DNA of 64,000 nucleotides from a virus (Duplodnaviria; Caudoviricetes): IMG/VR virus record IMGVR_UViG_3300035520_000885, positions 32,001 to 96,000 of that record; one strand, 5' to 3'. Shown piece by piece: positions 57,061 to 64,000 of this stretch (position 1 is its first letter; each line of letters starts with the position of its first letter). The notes under the pieces were generated by a model. It saw only the letters and a program-made list of their open reading frames with translations, ran no database searches and was not told where the DNA came from. The position numbers and the translations under genes were made by a program.

Positions 57061-58290
57061 ATGGGTAAAAACTTATTAATGGAAGCCCTTCGGGCTAATG
57101 ACAAGACCGGAGATTTATTCCAAGCAAATGGTACTTTTATTGCATATAAAACTGGATTTCCCACATTAGACTATTACCTTGGATGTATGGTAAATGTTTT
57201 CGATGATAATGGGAAGTTGACTAGCCAATATCCTGCATTGGGCATCACCAACGGTTCTATTAACACCATTATTGGTAAAACCCATGTGGGTAAAACTTCT
57301 GCTGCAATTGCAATCGCATCTAACATCGTGCGTCCTTTTCCAAATGGAATTGTCATGCATTGCGACATCGAGGGTGCAACTTCTTATACAAGAATTGCAG
57401 CACTGAGTAGATATACGCCCAATGAAATGAAAGAGGGCAAGTATGTACTCCGTCAGATGAAGTGCTCCATTGAGGATATCAAGTTAATGATTTCCAAAAT
57501 CTATCTGGAGAAGACTTCTAATCCGAAAGAGTACATGTATGATACCGGTAAGGTAAATGAGTTCGGTGAGCCTATCAAGATGTTTGAGCCCACTTGTCTT
57601 ATCGTCGACTCTGTTGCATCTCTGACGACTACTGTCAATGAGAATACAAAGGATGGTATTAAGAGTCTTGAAGAAGTTTCTACGCAAACTGACCAGATGC
57701 GTGTCACTGGTGAGATTGGTAGATTCCTGAAAGAATCTATTGAGATGTGCAAGACTGCGAACATCATTCTGTTCCTGATTAACCATATTAAGGAAAAGCC
57801 TGGTATGGGTATGCCTCAGGCCCCTGAGATGAGATATCTGAAGCAGAATGAGACGATGCCTGCTGGTAAAGCTCTTCAGTACTACACCAATACGATGATT
57901 CGTCTTATCAGTGTCGGTGCTGAGAAGTATGAGAAAGATACTGACGGCTTCAATGGATTCGGGGTCAGCGCTCAGTTCATTAAGAATCGGACTAACGTCG
58001 ATGGCACGTTTGTGCCTCTCGTTTTCGATAAGGTCCGTGGTTATGATTCTCTCCGTTCTTCTGTTTCTTATGCCAAGAGTCTCGGACTCGTTGGTGGTAA
58101 TAAGAATGGATATTACTTCGGGGATGATAAAGAGAATAAGTTCACGATGGTGAATATGCACAAGGATTTCGCCGATAATCGTGAGCTTTACAAAATTATG
58201 TATTCTTACATTCTTCCTCCTCTGGAGCAGGTTCTTTCTAGAACTGACCTCGAAGACAATCAAGTGATTGACGAAGAGATGGACTACTAA
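57061..58290 (+). CDS. RecA/UvsX-like recombinase
   Basis: TGFPTLD, GKTHVGKTS, DIEG, IVDSVASL, INHI, GKALQYY, KNR. Confidence 0.88.
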   Translation: MGKNLLMEALRANDKTGDLFQANGTFIAYKTGFPTLDYYLGCMVNVFDDNGKLTSQYPALGITNGSINTIIGKTHVGKTSAAIAIASNIVRPFPNGIVMHCDIEGATSYTRIAALSRYTPNEMKEGKYVLRQMKCSIEDIKLMISKIYLEKTSNPKEYMYDTGKVNEFGEPIKMFEPTCLIVDSVASLTTTVNENTKDGIKSLEEVSTQTDQMRVTGEIGRFLKESIEMCKTANIILFLINHIKEKPGMGMPQAPEMRYLKQNETMPAGKALQYYTNTMIRLISVGAEKYEKDTDGFNGFGVSAQFIKNRTNVDGTFVPLVFDKVRGYDSLRSSVSYAKSLGLVGGNKNGYYFGDDKENKFTMVNMHKDFADNRELYKIMYSYILPPLEQVLSRTDLEDNQVIDEEMDY

Positions 58291-58336
58291 TACAAAAAAA
58301 GAAGAGACCTAGAATTTCTAGGTCTCTTCTTTGCCG

Positions 58337-58705
58337 TCACTCATCGTTACCGTTGATGGTAACGTGAATGTCCTTGTCAGCATACGAGCTCTTATAGAGC
58401 AACGCGAAGCTGTACGCAGACTCATAGTCGGAGAATCCGAAGAAGCTCCGCTTGACTCCGCCCCTGCCGCTCCCTGGATGCTCCCAGTACAGTAGCTTTC
58501 CGTTCTTGTCACAGAACCGCTTGGCTTCCATAGCCTCGCGGCTCAGGATATGAATCCAAACGGAGAATCCCTTGGGAGTGATAGCCCACGGGCCGTGGTC
58601 ATCGTGGTGGATGATCCGCTCCCGGCTCTCATTCTCGAAATCCCACGTTACGTTCACATTCTCCGTCACCTCGGAGATCATCGCATAGAAATTGTACTTA
58701 TCCAT
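58337..58705 (-). CDS. Hypothetical protein
   Basis: 122 aa, GAAAGGGAG SD. Confidence 0.65.
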   Translation of the reverse strand: MDKYNFYAMISEVTENVNVTWDFENESRERIIHHDDHGPWAITPKGFSVWIHILSREAMEAKRFCDKNGKLLYWEHPGSGRGGVKRSFFGFSDYESAYSFALLYKSSYADKDIHVTINGNDE

Positions 58706-58781
58706 ACTACTACTACTCCCTTTCTATCTTTGTGAAAGTTAAAAATGTAGGGGACTACCCAAAACTATGAGTAGTCCTCTA

Positions 58782-58858
58782 TGGTGACGATGGCGAGGCT
58801 CGAACTCGCGACCCACTGCTTAAAAGGCAGTTGCTCATACCTACTGAGCTACATCGTC
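58782..58858 (-). tRNA. tRNA-Lys(UUU) with encoded CCA
   Basis: GACGATG acceptor / GCTC D-stem / ACTGC-CTTTTAA-GCAGT / GCGAG-TTCGAGC-CTCGC / ACCA, 77 nt. Confidence 0.95.
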
Positions 58859-58937
58859 ATAAATAATGGTTAGAGAAGTGATAAAATAAAATAGGTGGTG
58901 GAGTGAGTTTTTGACTTCTCACTCCACCACCATCTTA

Positions 58938-59438
58938 TCACCTCTCAAAAATCTCCGCCCACCATTCTTTGGTGTCACAGAGATTATCAGTGAACCCATG
59001 CGAACGGGTTCTGTCTTTTTGAGCGTCCCACTTCTCCAAGTATTTCTCAGCGATTTTCTCATCACCGAGATATGGAAAACTCCCGGGAAATGCAAATCCA
59101 AAGTCTTCCGACGTGAATTTGTAGTTCCCTTTCTGCAACTGACCAGGTTTTCGTTTCTCAATGGAGTTGAGAAACTCTTTCATGATGACCTGGGACATGC
59201 CGGGGTTCCCATGGAAACAGTACTCCAGCATGGATGCGGCGCCGACCGTCCAGTTGAATTCGATTCCGAGGAACATCTTCAACTTCGGTCCGATCATGGA
59301 AATAATTCGGAATGCCGGCTGATAGAGTTCATCATAACCCATTACGTACTTGGTTCCGTCTGGCGCAGGGTCATCCATGTCCAAGAATGCCCACTGCATG
59401 AGGATTTCGGTACACGCCTCGATACCAGTTTTAGCCAT
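58938..59438 (-). CDS. Hypothetical protein
   Basis: 166 aa, AAGGAGG SD. Confidence 0.7.
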   Translation of the reverse strand: MAKTGIEACTEILMQWAFLDMDDPAPDGTKYVMGYDELYQPAFRIISMIGPKLKMFLGIEFNWTVGAASMLEYCFHGNPGMSQVIMKEFLNSIEKRKPGQLQKGNYKFTSEDFGFAFPGSFPYLGDEKIAEKYLEKWDAQKDRTRSHGFTDNLCDTKEWWAEIFER

Positions 59439-59456
59439 TTTGTTACCTCCTTAGTT

Positions 59457-60053
59457 TTAACAGACGCAGGAAGATGTGACTTCCTCGTCCCGTTTGTTCT
59501 GTAGTTCTGAGAGAAGCCAAATTTCTCGATTCGTAGCTTCCCCGCTTTCGATGCGTGGGGTGATGCACTCTATTACATCATCCACCGTCGGCCAACGGCG
59601 CATGCTGTAGAGTACGATCTCGAGCTTCTCCATCCCATCTTTGTCATATACCCTACGGTATAAAAACTTGCAGATTCGATTTCTCTGCACCTTATACGGA
59701 ATTTTATTTTCCATATAGTAGTGCAGTGTATTCTCGAACTCCGCATCTGGGACGCACTGCTTTCTGGGCAGGACTCGTGCCCATACCCATTTGTCGAAGA
59801 GACGAGAGGGCATTACAACTGGACGTACCGCAAAGTAATCTTTGCGGATATCAACCATGATTGGATGATTACTGGCTGCCGTCATCTCAATCCTTTGAGT
59901 ATTCGAATCATTAACAGCTTCCAAATCATACATCCCATTGCCCGCATCCTTAACATTGAACGAGATTTCATAATCCCATCCAGCAAGAATCATAGGTTCG
60001 CCATTCTTACATACTGCCTCCATTTCAATTGGAGTGAGGATTTCTTTACTCAT
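59457..60053 (-). CDS. Hypothetical protein
   Basis: ATG at 60053 after GAAAGGGG. Confidence 0.65.
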   Translation of the reverse strand: MSKEILTPIEMEAVCKNGEPMILAGWDYEISFNVKDAGNGMYDLEAVNDSNTQRIEMTAASNHPIMVDIRKDYFAVRPVVMPSRLFDKWVWARVLPRKQCVPDAEFENTLHYYMENKIPYKVQRNRICKFLYRRVYDKDGMEKLEIVLYSMRRWPTVDDVIECITPRIESGEATNREIWLLSELQNKRDEEVTSSCVC

Positions 60054-60332
60054 AAAAATGCCCCTTTCTAGAAATTTATGAACAGCAATAAATTGACCCT
60101 CACTCAGTCCATTCCCTTGCGTTTCATTAAAAATATAATATAACACCAAAAATCAGCGATTTAACGGATTTTTCTATGTTCCGATGAATTTTTATTATGG
60201 ATTTGACTTCTAATATAAGGAAACCCTAAAAATATGGGTCAGGTTATATGTCATAACTTTAGCCTATATTTTATATTGGTTTTTAGGTGAAGAATGAGAT
60301 GAGTGGTGCATAAGAAAGGAGGAGATTTTATT

Positions 60333-62606
60333 ATGGCCGAAAACCAGAAATATAATCTCAAGGACGAGTTACTAGCAGCTGACGAAAGACTCACAGGTTC
60401 ATCATCGTTACTGGGAATGACAATGCTGTCATTTCCTCAATACAACAACAGCATGCGCTCGGTTATGTGGACGAGCCATGTAAAGCAATACGTCAATCTG
60501 AATAATCCGGATTTTGCGGGAGTATTCACCAATGGTGAGAATACTGCTGGCAAAAATAGCTCTGGATATAAGAAAACGAAGAACGACATCGTTATCGTGA
60601 AGAAGATTTATAAGTATGGGGATTTACTGGAAAATCCCTTCATCTATACAGTCATCTATTACGATAAGAAAAAGAAGCGGTATGAAATTTTCAATAGAAA
60701 GGATTCTGAAAATCTCACCGAGGTATTCGGATTCAACTACGATAATACCGTAATTGATTCTCTTCAGGAGGGAGATGAAGTTCCTGCTGGGACGATTCTC
60801 TATAAGTCTCGGTCTTATGACGATGACTTAAATTATGCTTTTGGTAAGAATGTACATTTGATGTACACATCGGATCCCTTTACATCCGAGGATGCATGCG
60901 TTGCATCTGAATCTCTTGCCAAAAGCATGACTTCTCCAGAAATTGTGACTGAGTCTATTGGTATCAACCAAAACGATTTTCTTCTCAATTTGTATGGAAA
61001 GAATGGAAAATATAAGCCGTTTCCTGACATTGGAGAATGGGCGGATGGAGAACTGTGTGCTAGACGCACGTTGTTCAGCAATCAACTTCTCTCTGATTTC
61101 AAAGATTCTTCGCTTTCTAAGATTCAAGATTCCGATGTACGATTCTTCGGAACTGGTCAAGTCATTGATATTGATGTATATTGCAACAATCCTAATCTGG
61201 ATAAGAATCCGTTTAACAAACAGATTCTGAAATATCTGGATAGTCAGACACGATATTATGAGGAAGTCGCATCTGCGTGTAAAGAAATCATGGACTCTGA
61301 TGAAGAGTATTCGAAAGATATCGAGTATTCCTACAAGAGAGCTTGTGAGTTCTTGGATCCTGATAAGAAGTGGAAAGACGAAAACTCCGTGTTCGGTAAC
61401 ATAATGCTTGATATCACTATCAAGAATACAATCGGACTCCAGCCGGGACAAAAGCTCTCAGGCAGATTCGGGAATAAATCTGTTATCTCCCAAATCCGTA
61501 AAGATGAAGATATGCCGTATTATTACGATGACAATGGAAACAAGGTTGTTGTAGACCTGCTCTTCAATGTACTGGCTATCATCAATAGAACTACGGCATT
61601 TCCTATGTACGAGTTGTCTATCAACTATATCTGCAACAAGGTTCGTACGCAGATGTCTAAGTGTAAAACCATGAAGCAGAAAGAGAAACTTCTCTTTGGT
61701 ATTATTGAGGATTTCAATCAGGAGCAAGCACTCAAGATGAGAAAAGTCTATGATGGGCTTAGTAAGGAAGATAAGAAAGATTATATTGATTCTTGTATCA
61801 ATGATAGAATCTTTATTCACCAAAAACCGATTGGTGAAGAAACTCCTATCTTCTTCAGACTTCTCAATATCTACAAGAAGTATGACTTCCTGACTCCCTA
61901 TACGATGTACATTAACAAGTGGGGTCGTCAGATTCAGATTCAAAACCCCATGTATATCGGAGAGATGTACATTGTGAAATTGAAGCAGACTTCTCGGAAA
62001 GGATTCTCTGTTCGTAGTACTGGTTCTATCAATACAAAGGGACTTCCTGAGAGAAGCTACAAGAACAAATCGTTTACGGAACTTCGTAGTTCTACTCCGA
62101 TTCGATTTGGTGAGTTCGAGACTCTGAACTTCTCTATTGGTATGGTACCTGAAGACATTCAGTTGTTCCATCTCCTGTATCGTACGTCTATCAAAGGACG
62201 CAGAGACTTGGCAGAAAATCTTCTGTCTGCAAAGGAAGAGTTTAAGATTAGCAATACATACACTTCTCGTGTTGCAGAAATCTTCTCTGTTATTCTGAAA
62301 TCTCTTGGTTTCAGATTGGACTTTGTGGATGAGGAGGAATATCTGAAAGAGTATGATGACGAAACGGTATCTCTCCATGTATTGGATGGAAGAGGATACC
62401 TCTGCACCGACTATCAGTTTATGCTGGTAGAAAGAAAGGATGCTATCCGAAAAGAGCTTCTTTCTAAATATGGTGCTATAGATGGAGATGAACTGGAAGA
62501 TCTGGTTATGCAGGAATTGGTGAATCGGAATTTCATTATCGGCCCTGACAAGGAAGATTATGAAATGACGCAAGCGTTCCTGCCAGACACAGTTCCCATT
62601 GAATGA
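60333..62606 (+). CDS. Non-virion RNA polymerase beta C-terminal subunit
   Basis: SMRSVM, SEDACVAS, GQKLSGRFGNKSVIS, NVLAIINR, YIVKLKQ, PIRFGEFE; ATG at 60333 after AGGAGGAG. Confidence 0.92.
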   Translation: MAENQKYNLKDELLAADERLTGSSSLLGMTMLSFPQYNNSMRSVMWTSHVKQYVNLNNPDFAGVFTNGENTAGKNSSGYKKTKNDIVIVKKIYKYGDLLENPFIYTVIYYDKKKKRYEIFNRKDSENLTEVFGFNYDNTVIDSLQEGDEVPAGTILYKSRSYDDDLNYAFGKNVHLMYTSDPFTSEDACVASESLAKSMTSPEIVTESIGINQNDFLLNLYGKNGKYKPFPDIGEWADGELCARRTLFSNQLLSDFKDSSLSKIQDSDVRFFGTGQVIDIDVYCNNPNLDKNPFNKQILKYLDSQTRYYEEVASACKEIMDSDEEYSKDIEYSYKRACEFLDPDKKWKDENSVFGNIMLDITIKNTIGLQPGQKLSGRFGNKSVISQIRKDEDMPYYYDDNGNKVVVDLLFNVLAIINRTTAFPMYELSINYICNKVRTQMSKCKTMKQKEKLLFGIIEDFNQEQALKMRKVYDGLSKEDKKDYIDSCINDRIFIHQKPIGEETPIFFRLLNIYKKYDFLTPYTMYINKWGRQIQIQNPMYIGEMYIVKLKQTSRKGFSVRSTGSINTKGLPERSYKNKSFTELRSSTPIRFGEFETLNFSIGMVPEDIQLFHLLYRTSIKGRRDLAENLLSAKEEFKISNTYTSRVAEIFSVILKSLGFRLDFVDEEEYLKEYDDETVSLHVLDGRGYLCTDYQFMLVERKDAIRKELLSKYGAIDGDELEDLVMQELVNRNFIIGPDKEDYEMTQAFLPDTVPIE

Positions 62607-62676
62607 TGGATAAAGAGAGAAGAGGAGTGAAATACTCCTCTTCTCTTTTATAAATTTTATACGAGGTGATATATAC

Positions 62677-63306
62677 ATGACGCCATTAGAAAAATTCTTA
62701 GATGCGTATGACCAGTGGCAGAAAGCTGAGAAAGAGCTCGAGCTTGCTACACAAAAAGCTGACGAAGCCAGAGAGTACATGGAGAATTGTAAAAACTACT
62801 ATGACTCTACACAGAAGATATATACAAATAAGGAAGTAACCCCACTGGATATTGCAAAGTATGAGCAAGACTTGAGCGTGTCTATCTATGCCCATAATAC
62901 TCTGACAAAGACGGCATGTCTTGCGAATGCACTTCAATTAACTCGAATCAAACAATTCAAATATCGGCTCGAGTTTTCCGTGTATGACTATACAGAGATG
63001 CAGTGCCTTGCAAAAGATAAAGTCATTGAGCTTCCGTTTGTGCTATGTGAGAAAGCTTCAACTCGTCATGCTCTTGGGATTCCTTCGGATTTGTATCTTG
63101 CAATTCCTCAATATGAATGGGAGTCTCTTCCTGTTCGTCAATGGAGTCCCACTAAAATCACAATCATGACAGAAACAGAGACTGGCACAAATAAGATTGC
63201 AGAATTGAGCTTCAGAGATGAACCTGCTATTGTTGCTCGTAGCTTCGATTATCTTCCTTTCAATGGAGGAAGATGGGTCGCACTTAGAGCATACAGAAAA
63301 CCGTGA
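62677..63306 (+). CDS. Hypothetical protein
   Basis: 209 aa, GAGGTG SD. Confidence 0.7.
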   Translation: MTPLEKFLDAYDQWQKAEKELELATQKADEAREYMENCKNYYDSTQKIYTNKEVTPLDIAKYEQDLSVSIYAHNTLTKTACLANALQLTRIKQFKYRLEFSVYDYTEMQCLAKDKVIELPFVLCEKASTRHALGIPSDLYLAIPQYEWESLPVRQWSPTKITIMTETETGTNKIAELSFRDEPAIVARSFDYLPFNGGRWVALRAYRKP

Positions 63307-63320
63307 AAGGAGATACAAAC

Positions 63321-63950
63321 ATGACTGATTACACGAATCCTGAGACAATCTCGATTGAGTCCTGGCTCAAGTCTGAGAAAAATGAAGCTCTAATTACGAA
63401 GAACTTCTTAGTGTCTTTCGCAGAGGAAGACAAAGCTACTAGGATTGAAGAGCACGATCCTTATGGAGCAAACGTTGCGTATCCCACTGAGAGTAATCCG
63501 AATTGCATTCCTGATGTTTCTTTTGATGAAATCTTTGAAAAAGTCAAGAGACATTTAGTGAACGAGGGCTGCTCTGTCTCCAAACATCCTGGGGCACTCT
63601 TCTCGGTTTATGCAAATGATAGTATTGGAAATGCTGGGAATCTTCTCAAGGGTTATTCCTCTCACATTTTCTCTATTATGCGTGATACTGATAGGGTATA
63701 TGATGGGAAACCGTCGACAGTTGAAATTGTCTGCTGTATGAATACAATTTCGGAGCTTCCCATCAATTTTGAAAATTATACCCTTACGCAGCTCAACATC
63801 GAGCTTCCTAGGCAGCGTCCGATGTACTTCAATTGTATCAATAATGGTGTTGCAAAATATACCATTGGTCAACTCCGTCGCATGGGTCAGTTCGTTACTG
63901 AGCTTGGCGATGGATGGATTGCTCTGTGTGCAAAATATCATATCCGATAA
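63321..63950 (+). CDS. Hypothetical protein
   Basis: ATG at 63321 after GAAAGGAG; terminator hairpin at ~63959-63994. Confidence 0.7.
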   Translation: MTDYTNPETISIESWLKSEKNEALITKNFLVSFAEEDKATRIEEHDPYGANVAYPTESNPNCIPDVSFDEIFEKVKRHLVNEGCSVSKHPGALFSVYANDSIGNAGNLLKGYSSHIFSIMRDTDRVYDGKPSTVEIVCCMNTISELPINFENYTLTQLNIELPRQRPMYFNCINNGVAKYTIGQLRRMGQFVTELGDGWIALCAKYHIR

Positions 63951-64000
63951 GGTGAGAAAAAAGACAGGTGAGAATTCTCACCTGTCTTTTTTCTTATTTC

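Noticed and set aside
58741-58781. tRNA-associated HDV-like (theta) ribozyme downstream of tRNA-Lys
   Set aside because: Only a simple hairpin (GGACTACTC/GGGTAGTCC) with a U-run, consistent with a terminator
61458-62780. Long antisense ORFs over RNAP genes (also 34201-35349)
   Set aside because: They overlap motif-bearing RNAP subunits on the opposite strand and have no independent signals
18277-63994. Recurring GAAA(T)-like loops in intergenic hairpins as a mobile palindromic element
   Set aside because: Stems differ in sequence and sit right after stop codons with A/U flanks, as expected for ordinary bidirectional terminators
1-64000. Bacterial chromosome origin (ppk1, groEL, ligA, recA, rpo-like genes)
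   Set aside because: RNAP is split in the jumbo-phage manner, the polymerase is phage family B, homologs are highly divergent, and virion and lysis genes are interspersed

Overview
The window is part of a jumbo bacteriophage genome of the AR9/PBS1 (phiKZ-related, two-RNA-polymerase) type. The host is probably a Firmicute (Bacillota), judged from the amidase-SPOR-CW_7 endolysin and strong Shine-Dalgarno sites; standard code 11 reads cleanly. Core genes: a family-B DNA polymerase subunit, five split RNA polymerase fragments (non-virion beta-N, beta-C, beta'-C; virion-type beta'-C and small beta-C), an AR9 gp226-like promoter-specificity subunit, a GroEL-like chaperonin, SbcC/Rad50, SF2 and SF1B helicases, NAD-dependent ligase, RecA/UvsX, virion/baseplate/fibre proteins, a holin-like protein, an endolysin, polyphosphate kinase and tRNA-Lys(UUU). 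Three genes that look fragmented in the ORF track are intact and interrupted by five group I introns, whose splice sites I placed from P1/P10 pairing and frame restoration; two introns carry HNH endonucleases. A class 3 intein sits in the SF1B helicase P-loop. A recurrent AACA-N6-TA late-type promoter and a TATATRTHAT early-type motif mark intergenic starts. Best unexplained candidates: (1) a stand-alone, highly paired and pseudoknotted ~285-nt RNA with its own promoter and terminator (21004-21290); (2) a MazF/PemK-HTH gene whose fusion to a winged-helix domain depends on a C12 tract; (3) a GC-rich operon of glycine-zipper membrane proteins and a cationic peptide with a structured 3' RNA; (4) a tiny MWMRGP-stop leader transcript. 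All protein family calls come from motif recognition, not database searches.
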